64,000 nt of DNA from assembly GCF_001194135.2 (NCBI RefSeq), contig NC_068981.1, forward strand, positions 85,622,152-85,686,151, given 5' to 3'. The position numbers were made by a program, and so were the translations under genes. Positions within the stretch are counted from its first letter, which is position 1, and each line of letters begins with the position of its first letter. This DNA is from Octopus bimaculoides. Lineage: Eukaryota. This document shows, one piece after another, positions 1 to 13,999 of the stretch. The notes below the pieces were generated by a model that saw nothing but the letters and a program-made list of their open reading frames with translations, was not told the DNA's origin and made no database searches.

Positions 1-1200
1 GGACTGGCTTGTGCGGGTGGCACATAAAAGACACCATTTCGAGCGTGGCCGTTTTCGTGCGGGTGACACGTAAAAGCACCCACTACACTCTCTGAGTGGT
101 TGGCATTAGGAAGGGCATCCAGCTGTAGAAACTCTGCCAAATTAGACTGGAGCCTGGTGTTGCCATCCGGTTTCACCAGTCCTCAGTCAAATCGTCCAAC
201 CCATGCTAGCATGGAAAGCGGACGTTAAACGATGATGATGATGATGATGATATATATATAAGTGAGTGGACAAATGAAAGAAAGGCACTCAACCAATTTA
301 TTGGGAGTTACACGTATGGATCAAAAGTTTGATTGAAATTCGTTGTAAACTCAAGAGTGCCAACAAATTTGAATCAAACTGTTTTGATCCACACTCACAC
401 ACACACACACACATATATATACATATTAATCCAGCCATATCCAGCCAAATATTCTTTCTGTTTTATCTTCAAACTGGCTAGATCCTGCTTCTCACAATTA
501 CCCTACAATGTCATTTTAAAAATATACAATCACATGATTGAAATCTCAATGCTACAAGGTGATAAATGATTAGTTGAAAATGATATGAATCGACATTACA
601 TTTGACAGAGTAATGTCAGGTTTAAAATAATCTAATGATCAACACAACACACTTTACTTTAACAAAAATCCTTGTGATAGAATAACTGGTTGAGTAAAAG
701 GAGCATCATTATCACCTCTATATTTTGGATGGTAAGGTAGCTGAAATTGTCAAGAGCAATTTAATTACTTGTGGCATTTAACTTCATTTCTCTATGTTCA
801 AATCTTCAAATCCTACTACAATCAACTTTTTATTTCATTCTTCTGGAACTAGTAAAATCCTTATCAGTCATGTACTGACAATTTTTCAGACACTATACAC
901 CTTCCCTTATTAAGTGTCAATGTAAGAAACTATAAACATATTTACATTTTGCACACATTTTCTATGAAGGAAATAATTAGTTGTAGAATGAATAGTTAAA
1001 GAACTGAACCGTACCTAGAATTTTAGATTTGTGGCTGCACATTAAGTATCCACAACTATTTGAATAATTAACAAATATATTCCTGATATGTCATTATAGT
1101 AATGTTTCATAACATAACTGGTAAGTAAGGAGTGACTTCTTAATGTTTCTTATAGGCTTGTAATATATTTAAGAAAAATACTAACAAACTAACAACTTAC

Positions 1201-1317
1201 ATGAATGTTTTCATCTTCAAGAAGGCTTGGAATCTTTCTCAATTCCAAATTACCTTCATCTTTATCAAAGAAATGAACAATCCATGCTGTGTTTTCTTGA
1301 TTTTCATGTCTGATATC
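1201..1317 (-). CDS. DNAJC10: DNAJC10 coding exon (last within window; gene continues beyond position 1)
   Basis: ctttcttaccag|...|gtaagt. DIRHENQENTAWIVHFFDKDEGNLELRKIPSLLEDENIH, cf. HRWLLFFHFG..ELKKLKTLLKNDHI. Phase 0->0. Confidence 0.93.
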
Positions 1318-1689
1318 CTGGTAAGAAAGTATTAAAAGATTGTTAACATGAATAGATAATTATTACAATATCATAGGGAAAAACAACAATAATAGGAGAA
1401 AACCAACAAAAGAATGGACTTAATATTTTAAGTATCTATAAATATATATAATTATACCAGAGTTTTATTAAAACCCTGGGTGTTGTTAGAGGTGACTCCA
1501 AGGATTAGCAAGAAATAGAGCATCCAGCAATAAAACACTACCTTAAAAAATTTCTCCAACCCATGCCAGGATGGGAGGACAGTAGGTGTAAAACAATAAT
1601 GGTGAGAAAAGCAATGTCTGAAGTACAGGGTCTCCCATACTGAAAATAATCAGAATGAGATGTTATGATACATCAGTCTGCTAGCCAAT

Positions 1690-2030
1690 ATTTCAGTTTA
1701 TCTGGTATCAACAACTTCAACACCATAACCCTCTGTATTGCATGCAAATCCTGCAATGCTGAGCATATAGGCAAAACAAGGTACATTTGGATGACTGCTC
1801 CTGGGAACATCTCTTTGATGCCTGTAACAAAGCAAATGACCTCTCCCAAACCTATGACTGGAAACTTTAATCTATGAGAATTCTGTACTAACCAAAGAGT
1901 TCTGACACAATATTCACTACTACACAAAATACCTTCCAGAATTAGGTGATATACACAAGAATTTGTAACACATAATTCTACAGAAACTAAATACAACCAG
2001 CAGGTATACCAATAACCCAGATCCCTCACA
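1690..2030 (+). mobile_element. Decayed GIY-YIG (Penelope-type) fragment
   Basis: ITLCIACKSCNAEHIGKTR resembles the VY.I.C..C...YIG.T motif. Confidence 0.5.
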
Positions 2031-2194
2031 TGAAAATTATGTTTATTTAATCATAAAAAAAGGAAATCAGTAAAAGTGGTCAACTGTCTGAGAAAACTAA
2101 GGCTTATAATCATCTAGGTTTTTATAAAAAAAAAAACTAGACACAAAATCTAAAATAAACAGTTATAAATAAATGAGAAATTTTAAAATCTTAC

Positions 2195-2284
2195 CTGAAG
2201 TTGTTCTTCATTCAAGAGTGTAACATCAGGTAGTTGTAATAAAACTTCATGTGCAACTTCTTGAGCTACAAGACTTGAAATGAC
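2195..2284 (-). CDS. DNAJC10: DNAJC10 coding exon
   Basis: cggcag|...|gtaaga. VISSLVAQEVAHEVLLQLPDVTLLNEEQLQ, cf. LNSLDAKEIYLEVIHNLPDFELLSANTLE. Phase 0->0. Confidence 0.93.
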
Positions 2285-3006
2285 CTGCCGATATGTTAGA
2301 GAAAATAAATATACAGATAATGCACAAAAAAACTGAAGCCGCTATTGTTTATTTTTGAAGAAAATGTGGTTTTAAAACTAGAACAAAAATTAAGAATATA
2401 CAAACAATTTGGCATCTTCAACATTTTTGCATCATTTATTTTGTTTAACCATTTTATTCATGCATACAGCTGAATTACCTATGTAGTGTGTTATTATCAT
2501 CATTTAATGTTCTTTTTTCGATGCTGGTATGGGTTGGATGGTTCAACAGGAACTGACAAGCCAGAGGGCTGCACTAAGCCCCACTGCTTTGGTATGGTTT
2601 TTACAGCTGGATGCCCTTCCTAATACCAACCACTTTACAGAGTTAACTGTGCGCTTCCTTATGACCAAGCACTAGTGAGATCACTATGTACTTGCAAGAC
2701 AAGACCCTTTAACTGAGCAGGGCTAGTATTGAAGAATATGAAAGTATAATAGAAGGTCAGGAACAGGTGTCTTGCTGAAGAGATGAATTCATGGCTGTTA
2801 TTTTTAGGACAATGAACATTCTCCCATCTTTTGATAATGATAATAAACTTATAAAACAATGTGATGCAAGCACAGCTATGTGATTAACGAGTTGGTTTCA
2901 TGTTCAGGACTTCTACATAGTACCTTGTGAAACTGTCTTCTTCAACAGTTCCAGGCTAACCAATACCTTGGAAGGGAATTTAATAGACAGAAACAGCATA
3001 AAACCC

Positions 3007-3046
<40 letters not shown>

Positions 3047-5163
3047 CTGTGTGGTAAGTAGCTTGCTTACCAACCACATGGTTCCGGGTTCAGTCCCACT
3101 GCATGGCATCTTGGGCAAGTATCTTCTATTATAGCCACAGGCCGACCAAAGCCTTGTGAGTGGATTTGGTAGACGGAAACTGAAAGAAGCCCGTCATATA
3201 TGTATGTGTGTGTGTGTGTGCGTGCGTGCGTGTGTGTGTGTGTGTTTTCCGGAGAGAAGGAAAAAAATTGTTCAAGAAAAGTATGTGTTGTTGCATAGCT
3301 GCAGTCATATAACCACATGGTTCCAGGTTCAGTCCCACAGCATGGCAGCTTGGACAAGTGTATTCTACTACAGCCTCAGGCTGACCAAAGGCTTGTGAGT
3401 GAATTGGGTAGATGGAAACTAAAAGAAGCATGCCTGCCACCATTCATCTCCCTCTCCCTTATTCTACCATCCCATTTATGCCCCGATCCCCATTCCTTGC
3501 AAGTATACCCTGGCATTTGCCACCATCTCTCTCCTGCTCTTGCTGTTTCCAACTCTCTCTTTCTCTCTCTCTTTCCCTTGCTCTCCCCTCTGGCTGAGTA
3601 ATCATGTATCTCTTCTACAGCAACAAACCCATTTCTACCCTCATTCTTGATCACTCGCTCTCCCTCCTTCCCTTGCCCTTACCTCTGGCTAGGTAACCAT
3701 GTATCTCTTTTACAGCAGCACACCTCTTGTTAACTCCCAATTCTCTTTCTAGGTAACTGTCTCTGCCCTCATTCTTGTTAACTCTAGCTCTCTTTCTCTC
3801 GCTCTCTATGACTGAGTAACCATGGACCTCCTCTACAGCATGACTGCTGTTTCTGTTTCTCAGTCACACTCTAATCTTTCATCATCTAACACAAGATCAC
3901 CTCCTCCAATACCCCCTCCCCTCTCAAAGACTCTTTGTCTTGTAAAGTCACTTAGTGACTCTACCAGTGCAGGTGCCACTTAAAAAGCACCCAGCCCACA
4001 CTGTAAAGTGGTGGGCATTTGGAAGGGCATCTGGCTGTAAAACCACAGCAAAACTGACCTTGCCTGTGTGAGTGCCATGTAAAAAGCACTCAGCCCACTC
4101 TACAGAACGGGTGGTGTTAGGAAGGGCATCCAACCATAAAAACCATACCAAAACACTCAGAAGCATGCTGCAAGTTCCCTGTCAAACCGTCCAACCCATG
4201 CCAGCATGGAAGGAGGACTTATGATGATGATGATGATGATAATATATATATATATATATATAAATATAGATATCTACATGTGTCTTTGTATCTGTGTTTG
4301 GTCCTCTACTCTCTTATCACCACTTGACAACTGGTGTTGGGATGCTTGTATCCCCATAACCTAGTGGTTCAGCAAAAGAGACTGATAGAATAAGTACTAG
4401 GCTTAAAAAGTAAGTCCTGGGGTCGATTTATCCGACTAAAACACTTCAAGGTTATGCTCCAGTGTGGCCGCAGTCAATTGACTGAAACAGGTGAAAGAAA
4501 ATACACGCACACATACACATGTATTCGTTTGTTTATTTTATGTACACTTTTCCATGTTAGCATGAGTCAGATGAATATGTGAATGCTCATATTCCATGCT
4601 TGTCACTGATTGAGTGAAGTGGTAGTGATGTCAACATTTGTTGACATTAGGATCAATCATTCAGCACGTTTGAAAGACATTTGGAATAAAGAAATCCCTG
4701 ACTTGAAAAACAGGTATGGGTTGGTGATAGAAAGAGCATCCAGCCAGAATATCCTGTCTCAAACAACTTGTCATCTAAATTCATGCTGGTATGGAAAAAT
4801 AGACATGAAATAAACAAATGAATATATACTCACAGCAAAATTGTAAAGACAGTATTCAAAATGCACAAAAAAAAAACAATTATAACACTATAAAAAAAAA
4901 ACACAAATTTTTGTTACTTAAATGCTAAAGGGACATCTGAATCACCTAATGTTTGCCACATTTAAAAACATGTCAAAACAGAACAGACAATCACATACAT
5001 AATTTAGTTTGTTGTTATTATAATTCTTCTAATTCTTCTGTCACATCTATCTTTAAATGGTACTTTATAAAATAGTTTACATTTCAGCAGTCACTGTAAA
5101 TTCTGCACAATTTACTTCTTGATGATTTTCCAATTAAATAAACAAATTGGTATTATAACTTAC

Positions 5164-5286
5164 CATTCCTTTGCCTTTCTCCACTTCTCCCAATTTGTAA
5201 AAATATACACCATCATTGGCTCCCATTTTTGAACACAAGGAACTATGTCTATCACAATTGACTGTTCCAACATTCACCAAACTTTC
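5164..5286 (-). CDS. DNAJC10: DNAJC10 coding exon
   Basis: ttttcag|...|gtaagt. ESLVNVGTVNCDRHSSLCSKMGANDGVYFYKLGEVEKGKGM, cf. DGLVNVGWMDCATQDNLCKSL. Phase 0->0. Confidence 0.95.
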
Positions 5287-5386
5287 CTGAAAATTTAATA
5301 AAGTGAAAAAGCAATTTAAGAATGTTTTTTTTTTTTTAAATTTAAGGAGAGAATTCATTTCAAAAAGAAATGTGGAAGACACTTAC

Positions 5387-5430
5387 CAACATGGTAGCTA
5401 CTTTCAGTTCAGTATTGGAAGACATGCAAT
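5387..5430 (-). CDS. DNAJC10: DNAJC10 coding exon (44 bp)
   Basis: ccttgtttcag|...|gtaagt. (D)CMSSNTELKVATML, cf. DCLTSQTRLRLSGML. Phase 1->0. Confidence 0.93.
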
Positions 5431-6391
5431 CTGAAACAAGGTAAAATGGGCAAACAATAGAAATATGTAAGATAGTCCAAACATATTTAAATACTAAGAC
5501 CATTAAAAAAGATAACTAGAAATAAATTTGTAGTGAGTGTTTAAGGAAAAAGAGCAGCATGGCTAATTTTTTAAATTAATTCTTATGTATATTTCGTTAA
5601 CTAAAACCATATACTAAAGCAAAAAGTATCAGATTACTATATCTAACTTAATGATACTTCCCTATCCATCATCATTTTAACATTCATTCTACCATGCTTG
5701 TATAGTTCACATGAAATTTGTTGAGGCAGATTTTCTATGGCTGAATGCTCCTCTTCATGTCAAGCATCATATATTCACAATAATATTCCCTTTGATCTTT
5801 TGAACACAAACAACACAATGGCTGAACATATTTTCAAGGAAGATGGCAAACAAACAACACCATATACATGAAGGTGATGCTTGTTTATCATAAGCACACA
5901 ATGTCAATACGAAATACACACATACATACAATGGGCTTCTTTCAGTTTTGGCCACCCAAATCCACTCACAAAGCTTTGGTCAACTTAGGGCTATAACAAA
6001 AAGACACTTGCCAAAGGAGCTACACAGTTGGGGCTGAACCTGAAACCATGTAGTTGAGAAACAAACTTTCTTAATTTTGATGATGTGATTGTTTATTTTA
6101 GAATGACATTGTAGGGTAGGTGTGAGAGGCTGGATCTGGCTAGTCTGAATATAAAATGGGCAGAATATATGGCCAGTTCAAATGCTAAAGGGTTAACCAC
6201 ATGACCATACCTCAACCAAATATGTTTTGCAACAATGCATTTTTCTGTCACAGTTTACATTATTAATTAAAAACTCCAATTTTATCAATCTTTAATTCCA
6301 AATACAAATATTTTTTTTTTAATGATTATAAAAATTTCTTACAACTTGGATCAAATAATTCTCATTTACAAAATTTGGAATAAAAACTAAC

Positions 6392-6551
6392 CTCCATCAC
6401 CACTGCAATAGTTTATGAGCCATGGAAGATTCCTTTCAGTTGTTTCAGACTTGAAGTTGGAAGGATATAATGTGAAAACATTTGCCTGAACATTTGACAA
6501 GGCATACTTGATAAGAGCTTCAGTGCTTCGTTCACCATTGTACTTGTTTTT
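6392..6551 (-). CDS. DNAJC10: DNAJC10 coding exon
   Basis: tttatatag|...|gttagt. KNKYNGERSTEALIKYALSNVQANVFTLYPSNFKSETTERNLPWLINYCSGDG, cf. KYHGDRSKESLVSFAM..GWLITFCSKGG. Phase 0->1. Confidence 0.95.
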
Positions 6552-7424
6552 CTATATAAAATATATAGGATATAATATATATTAAATAATATAATAAAAT
6601 AATACTGAACACCATATATGGCAAGCAATTCATCTTTATCATGAAATCAATAAGGATATTATGTTTCTTCAAACATAATGTTCCAAGGTTTACAATCTAG
6701 ATTTTCTTTTTTTTTTAATTATTTTCCTACTGTAAACCATTGGGGTAGATCAGTTGCTCCAGGAATGAAGGGTGGGTTAAAAAGTATAGTTTATAGATAT
6801 GGAGGAGAAGAATTAGTAGAAGAAGTAGTAAGAGGCGGAAGAAATTGTCAGCTGGTCAATATTCACTTCTTCCTCCTCCTCCATCTCCTATTACTACTAC
6901 TACTAGACTAACAATCTAAATAAAGAGCATCATAATAAAATGATAGTGATGATGACAACATACAGATGAAGAAGAAAATAGGTGTAGAGATAACTTAAGT
7001 AAGAGTTCAAGACAAGATATTTAAAGATAAAAAAAGGAGAAGGGCAGAGGGTGAAATACAAGAACAGCTACCTAACTGTAACACTAACCAAATCCTTTTA
7101 CAATTATATCTCCCAATTGAAATTTGTAATTTACAATTTCTTCATAAAAATATAACTATCCACAGCATTAAAGGCCTTTGCTTAGAAGTATAATTAAAAT
7201 ATCATTATTACTATTGAATGTCTTTACTGACTCTTAGAGTATATTGCTTACTCCATTACTTCAATTCTCATTGTGTTTAAGTACATTTTATCACAGCACT
7301 CAAGTATGTTTAATCATGGAGCTCAAGTGGATTTTATCACAGAGCTTCAGTACATATCTATATCTCACTAACCTGTGTGTGGTGAACATGTATAGTAATT
7401 AAACTGCTACTATGAAAGGATATT

Positions 7425-8715
7425 AAATATGGAGAAAGCTTAGGAGAAAAAGGGTCTTCCTAATGTGAACCCAAAAGAAAGACCAGCTATCCTAATTGAC
7501 AGCAATATGATAGAGCAATTAAGGAGATGAAGGCAGGGAAAGGCCCCTAGTCCATCAGGAATCACTGTTGAGATGCTTAAAATATAACTGGTGGAGTATA
7601 ATACAGCCTAGTCACCTGTATTATTAATTAGGTTTCACAAGAAGGTGCCATTCCCTATAATGCTGGTGGAGCAGCATTATAGTTAACCACTACAACTGAA
7701 GTCATCTTCATAGTAAGATGACTGAATAACTGTAAGAGAAGTATTTAGTTAAAAGTAAACCACTGTACTTGGCATTTGTTGACCTGGAGAAACCCTTTGA
7801 CAGACTCCTTCTCTCAGTGATCTTGTGAGCTCTGAAAAACCTGGGGATAGACAAATGGCTTGTAAGAGCTATATAAGTCATGTAATGTCAGTGAGATAAG
7901 AGTAGGCAACAAGTACAGCAATGAATCTAGTGTACAAGTTCACCAGAACTCAGTTCTCACTTCCCCTCCTATTCATCATAGTTATCAAGGCTACAAGAGT
8001 TATTTAAAACTCATTGCCCTCAATAACACCTTCATATCAATAACCTCGTTCTATAGCAGAAACTATAGTAAAACTAAAAAAGAAAATCCAAGTGGGGAAG
8101 CAAAACCTGAAATCAAAAGATCTTAAAGTTAACCTAGCAAAAACCTAAGTGTTAATAAGCAGGATAACAGACAGGACTCTGCTTCCATCAATTAAATAAC
8201 CTTGCTTTATATGTAGAAGAAAAGGTGTAGGCAGGAATTCCGTTCAGTGTATCAAGTGCAAATTATAAATATATGAGAGGTACAGCAGAATCACAGGAAG
8301 ACTAACAAAGAGAATAGTGTTTGTATATGAAAGATGTGCCGGGAAACAAATTTTCTCGAATGCCTGAAAGCTCACTAAAGGTAGTAGATAGTTTCTGTTA
8401 CCTAAGTGACCTAATTTGCAGTGGAGGAGGAAGTTCTGAAAGTATAGTTGCTTGAATAAGAATAGGATAGAGAAAGTTCAAAGAGCTATTACATCTGTTG
8501 GCTGCAAACGGTTTTTGTCTCAGAGTGAAAGGTAGATTGTATGATGATACAAACAGCAATGTACATGATAGTGAGACAATAGACCTGAATGCAGTGGACA
8601 TGTGAAAACTAAAAAGGAATGAAGTCAGTATGCTCCACTAAATGAGCAATATCAGTATGCATGTACAATAAAGTGCAAATGTATTGAGAGAAAACTTAGA
8701 TATAAGAGGAATCTT
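7425..8715 (+). mobile_element. Decayed RTE-clade LINE reverse transcriptase
   Basis: Frameshifted RT motifs: KA.GP.GIT.EMLK, LYLAFVDLEKPFDR, SVL(S)PLLFIIV, VDSFCYLSDLICSGGG. Confidence 0.85.
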
Positions 8716-8900
8716 CCAAATGCACATTGGCCAAGGTACCATGCAGTGGGACTGAACCTGAAACTATGTTTTAAAAAGTAATTCATAACCATAAAACCAT
8801 GCCAGCACCTATTTTCTTTTTAATAATTAGAAACATTCAATTGCTCAAAGACAAAGGAAAGATATATCCTACAGGATAATGGCATTAAAATTTATCTTAC

Positions 8901-9026
8901 TATTGGATAAAGCATTAGGGTTGGATAGGAACGAATTTCTTGCATACGACACAAGTTCCAGTCATCCTGACAATTCACAGCACCAATTCGTAAAACGCCA
9001 TCAAGTTGTCGAGCAACTTCACGCCA
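8901..9026 (-). CDS. DNAJC10: DNAJC10 coding exon
   Basis: ttctttcag|...|gtaaga. WREVARQLDGVLRIGAVNCQDDWNLCRMQEIRSYPTLMLYPI. Phase 0->0. Confidence 0.97.
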
Positions 9027-9679
9027 CTGAAAGAAAACAGAATCAAATAATAATTTGTATTTATAATTGATATATTCAATTTAATGTTTAACAATGGTTT
9101 CTACCATACAAATAAGGTCTGAAATATTAGAGGAAGGAATATTCAATTATACCGACCCCAATATTAGACTACTTTTTTATTTATCGACCCTGAGAGATTG
9201 AAAGGAACAGTTGATCTCAGCAGGATTTAAACACAGAAAGTAAAGATCCTAAAAAAATACCACAAAATATTTTTTTATGACAGTCTTAACAATCTGCTAA
9301 TCCACTGTACCAAATTAGTGTTTTATAATGACATAATTTACAAAAAGTTCAATCGTTTTATAATTCTTCCAGTTTTGGTACAAAGGCCAACAATTCTGAG
9401 GGGAGAGGCAAGTTGGTTGCAAGCCTATTTTTATTTTATCAACCCTGGAAGGACGAAAGACAAAGTCAACTTCAGTGGAATTTGAACTCAGAACATAAAG
9501 GGTTGGAAGAAGTGCTGCTAAGCATTTTGTCCAATGTATTAATGATTCACCACCTTAATTTAAATAAAAACATTTTAAATGAAAGATTTTTGTTATCACT
9601 TTGTACATATACTATTGGCCTCAATAACTTTCTGATTGTCTCTTTGTTCAATTATAGATTGATTGATCCATACATCTTA

Positions 9680-9985
9680 CTTCTTCACCTACAATTCCTT
9701 GGATTGGCTGGGGGAGCAGTCCTCTGGCACCTCCTCCATAGGGTCTCTTCAGAAGCAACTGTTATTTGAATTTCAGATTGGATTCCCAAAGCACAACCAA
9801 CTGAGATTAGGATATTATCCAACCATCTCATTCTTAATCTACCCCTAGATCTCTTGCCAGTTGGCTCAGCTTCAAAACTCTGTTACACTGGTACTCCCAA
9901 GAAAGTTTTCCCAGTGCACCCTGCATATCAGCGGAATATCATTGAGACAAGTGAAGAAGTTCAAGTATCATTTTGATGTTTTTCG
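9680..9985 (-). mobile_element. RTE LINE 3' end remnant
   Basis: Related to 14000-14235; encodes a decayed post-RT R.RGRP..RW.D.I..L.W segment. Confidence 0.6.
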
Positions 9986-10347
9986 AATTAATTAAAATTT
10001 TAAGATTGAAAGATTATTGCTATCTCATGTAACATTTACAAACCAGTATCATCATCATCATCATCATCATCATTTAATGTCAATCTCCCACGCTGGCATG
10101 GGCTGGACAGTTTGACTGGAGCTGGTAAAGCCAGGGGCTGCACCAGGCTCCATTGTCTTTTTTGACATGGTTTCTATGGCTGAATGCCCATCCTAACACC
10201 AACCACTCCATAGAGTGTACTGTATGCTTTTAACATGGCACCAGCACAAGTGCTTTTAATGTGGCACCAGCACTGGTATCGATAAAGCTGTGGTGGACAG
10301 GTCCTCGAGTACAGCAGTGCACCAGATATCTTGGCACTTAGTCATCT

Positions 10348-10392
<45 letters not shown>

Positions 10393-10402
10393 NNNNNNNN
10401 NN

Positions 10403-10442
<40 letters not shown>

Positions 10443-10499
10443 CACACACACAATCATTGTATTTTTGTTGATCAGCTAATGTAACTAAAATAACCTTAC

Positions 10500-10585
10500 C
10501 ACAGGTGCCAAATGATGACAATGAGAGCAATGAGGTGAGTAATAATTGATGAACCAAATATCTTCAGTGCCCTCAACAGATTGTT
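10500..10585 (-). CDS. DNAJC10: DNAJC10 coding exon, first thioredoxin domain CSHC active site
   Basis: tttatttcag|...|gtaagg. (E)QSVEGTEDIWFINYYSPHCSHCHHLAPV, cf. ERdj5 LWFVNFYSPGCSHCHDLAPT. Phase 1->0. Confidence 0.97.
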
Positions 10586-13500
10586 CTGAAATAAAATTCA
10601 AAATAAATTCAGACTTAAGAAATTGAAAAAGTGGAATTAAAAAAAAATAATACATTTCTCTGACTGTGGCCCAATCCCTAATACCAACATAAAGATTCTA
10701 ACAAAGGAGCCTCATCATGATCATTTGATCAGCTAGAAATAACAGCCAAATATTCCTCTCAAATCACAATCCAACAACTTAAATAAAGGACATATTAGAT
10801 AATGTAGTTTTAGATACCCTAAAAAGAAGGGAAGGTTTAGGATAGAACCAGGGGTTTCGTTGACCATAAATGTCCTGGAGCCAAACAACCACAAACAACA
10901 TGTCAAGATTTTCCGACAATAAATACATAGTACAGTAATTCCAGTTAACTAGACCTTCACTATACAGGAAAATAAATGTATTTCATAGTAGAAAATACAT
11001 TTTACATCTAATTTTCCAAAAGTTGCCAAAATTATTTCCACTTTCTATGGGACTTTTAAACTCAATCCCATTTAAGCATAATCATCACACCCTATCTCTT
11101 CTTCCTAATAGCTTCTTACCACGTTTGTATCAATCTATATTGCAATAATTTTTCATAGCTGCCCTGAAGACAGTCAGAATAGCCCTCATTTTCATTAAAT
11201 TTGTTCATAGTATGGTGGGAATCTAATTTCAACAGCTATGGCTTGAAAAGTTATTTCAGAAAGTTCTCAATCACATCTATGAAAATAAGCTTATTTACTT
11301 ACTAAGCACCATAGATCTTGGAATGATACAATTAAAATAGTAATAAACAATTTATCTTACTAAGAGTATAATACTGAATATAAGAATTAAAATACATTTT
11401 TTCTACTCTGCTGTAAAATTAAATGGCATTCATTATGCTTAAGCCTACATCACTGAAAATAGTAAAAAATGCTCTAATAAAATACAATTTGAATCGTGAT
11501 AAAATAAATGAAAATAAAAAAAAAACTTAATCTTCAGTATACTTTTGTTTTTAAAATAAATCATGTCACTATATAAATACATGTCAAATGACAATCAATA
11601 CATAATAAACATTACCAATAATAGTAGTTGGCAACAGATGTTTAAATACTTTACAGCAAGGAAATATTTTAGTTGCAACATAAGGTGTACTACATGAGAT
11701 ATACTATAATCATTATTAAAATATATTTCAACAAACAAAAATGAGAAATACCAAAGTATCATGGTCATAATCAAAAGTTTAATGTCTGTCATTTCCGTAC
11801 AGTCACAAACAGGTTAGAAGAACCTCAAAATAGATTTCTTTGTCCTTTGATATCTGTTGCTTTAGCTTTGAAATTTGTTTAGATCAAATATATCTAACCC
11901 AAGTCTACCTTAGCATATCAATAGTGTATGTTCTCATACCTAACACATTTTTATCTGCAATATGTTCTTCTTTGTTATGTGCCATGCTGACAGGCAGCAG
12001 CAATCATGGATCTCCATGTCCTATCTCACACACAACTGAGCACGTTATCAGGCAATTCTCTCCAAAGCCAGCTGGTTGGCAAGATCATAAAGAAGCTTCT
12101 CTCTGTGTCTTACCTGGCTTCTCATTCTTTTTTGCTTCTAACCATTCAACAAATACATCAACAGTGGCAAGTTAACTCAAGTTCAAAGCAGTAGAAAAAA
12201 ATCTTAAATCAAAATGTATACTTTCAAAGCATCTCTTCCAACTGTTTCTATATAAAAAGAAAATTTGATTTTGACTTATGTTTTTTAAATACGTTTTTTA
12301 AATTTATATTTCTTAAGTAAATTGGTCGAGATTGTAGTTTTGATGTGATTGGTAAAATAAACATACAATCATAAATTATCAATATGTTGATTAACAATTC
12401 AGTAACAAGGAACAACAAATAACTGAAACTCAACCACCTGTCGGCACTAAACTTCATTACAAACACAACAGTCTCTACAATGTTACCTTCCTTTCAAGAA
12501 ATAGCAGCCAAATTTTTCTCAAATTACAGTCATCTTAAAAAGAAGTACACAATGAACTATGGACTTCTAGATACACTATGGTTGAAAAGAGGAGAGGATG
12601 GTCACAGCTGGAATGCAGTTGAACATAGGTCTACATCATCTATACAATTGGCTGATGGATTAAAATGCTTTGTCATTATACAACCTACTGTCATTTATAC
12701 TATATGAGTACACTGCATGCATTTTTCTTCACATATTTACTGGCTAGTTTTATGAATGTTTCAGATTCCACAAGCTATTAGCTGTTCCTCACCCTCCCTA
12801 AAATATTTCCAATATGAATTCATTACATAAACTTTATGTCCATAACTATTTGCTCCTCCCCTTTTCTGGTCAGAATTAAATCAGTTTGATTCCAAGTAGT
12901 GCTTGTCTGAAATTCAAATTAACTGTTCCAACAAGATAAATACATAGATAAACAGCCATGCTTATTCTAAATAAGTGTTTGATATTCAGTTATCAAAGAT
13001 TGCTATTTTAAGAATATAAGTTAATTAAAATTGAGTCAAAAATGAATAACTCTCTATTGACCTTTTAACACGTACTATTAAGAGGAAGTAAACATTAAAT
13101 GGATATATCTATTTGGTTCAGAAGGCCGACATCTCTCCTTTACAATACCTTCATATTCTAGCATAGAAAATTCTATGTATCCTATAAGACCCAACTAAAA
13201 TTGTTATTCTGTGAATGTGGTACAAATCCAGAGGCCTAGTTTACCAACATAATAATGCTAGCAATAACTGCTGCTAATATAAGCACAAGAGAGAATGAAA
13301 TAGTTAATTATAACTACCCTAGTATATAACAGTTAATATACTTTATTGATCCCTCCAAAAGGACAAAAGGTAGAGTTGGCCTCATTAGGATTTGAATTCA
13401 AAATGTAAAGTCCCAAAGCAATTAATAAGAGGCATTTTGTCTGATGCTCTTACAATGCTGTCAATCCACCATCCATAATAATAGGTGTACTAAACAAAAT

Positions 13501-13621
13501 TTATGTGGAAAATGTAAAAGAACTTTTACAAGATGCATAATCAAGAATATTGACTTCTTGAAAGCAATATCAGCTTCACTACATAAAGCCAAGAAAATAG
13601 TTTCCATAGGAAAATACTTAC

Positions 13622-13672
13622 CAAAATCAGAAAGACTTAATGTTATAATCTCTGGATCATCATCATATATAC
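13622..13672 (-). CDS. DNAJC10: DNAJC10 coding exon
   Basis: ccttccag|...|gtaagt. (G)IYDDDPEIITLSLSDF(E) matches ERdj5 GIYDDDPEIITLERREF. Phase 1->1; 89-bp intron upstream. Confidence 0.97.
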
Positions 13673-13761
13673 CTGGAAGGAGAAAAGAAGTTTTGGTTAG
13701 CCAAAAATATAATGTTTGAGTTATAATTTCAGTTAAGCATGTGAAACTTGAAAAAACCTAC

Positions 13762-13930
13762 CAAATTCATCTTGGTAAAAGGACCAACTTTCATAGTGGT
13801 GTCCACCATGGAAATCTTCCTTCAAACCATCTTCACCATATGTATCAAACTTTTTCCGTAGCTTATCATCTTTCAACACTTCATAAGCTCTCGTGATTTT
13901 CAAGAATTTTTCATGAGCATTAGGATCATC
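13762..13930 (-). CDS. DNAJC10: DNAJC10/ERdj5 coding exon (C-terminal half of J-domain)
   Basis: ttctttttag|...|gtaggt. Translates DDPNAHEKFLKITRAYEVLKDDKLRKKFDTYGEDGLKEDFHGGHHYESWSFYQDEF(G), matching ERdj5 NPNAHGDFLKINRAYEVLKDEDLRKKYDKYGEKGL..YESWNYY. Phase 0->1. Confidence 0.97.
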
Positions 13931-13999
13931 CTAAAAAGAAACATATAACTTTTACTATTTATATCTTTTTATTCATCCATCCATTCTCTCTTCCCACTA

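Noticed and set aside
11840-12194. Plus-strand ORFs suggesting a nested gene
   Set aside because: No homology recognised and no consistent exon chain.
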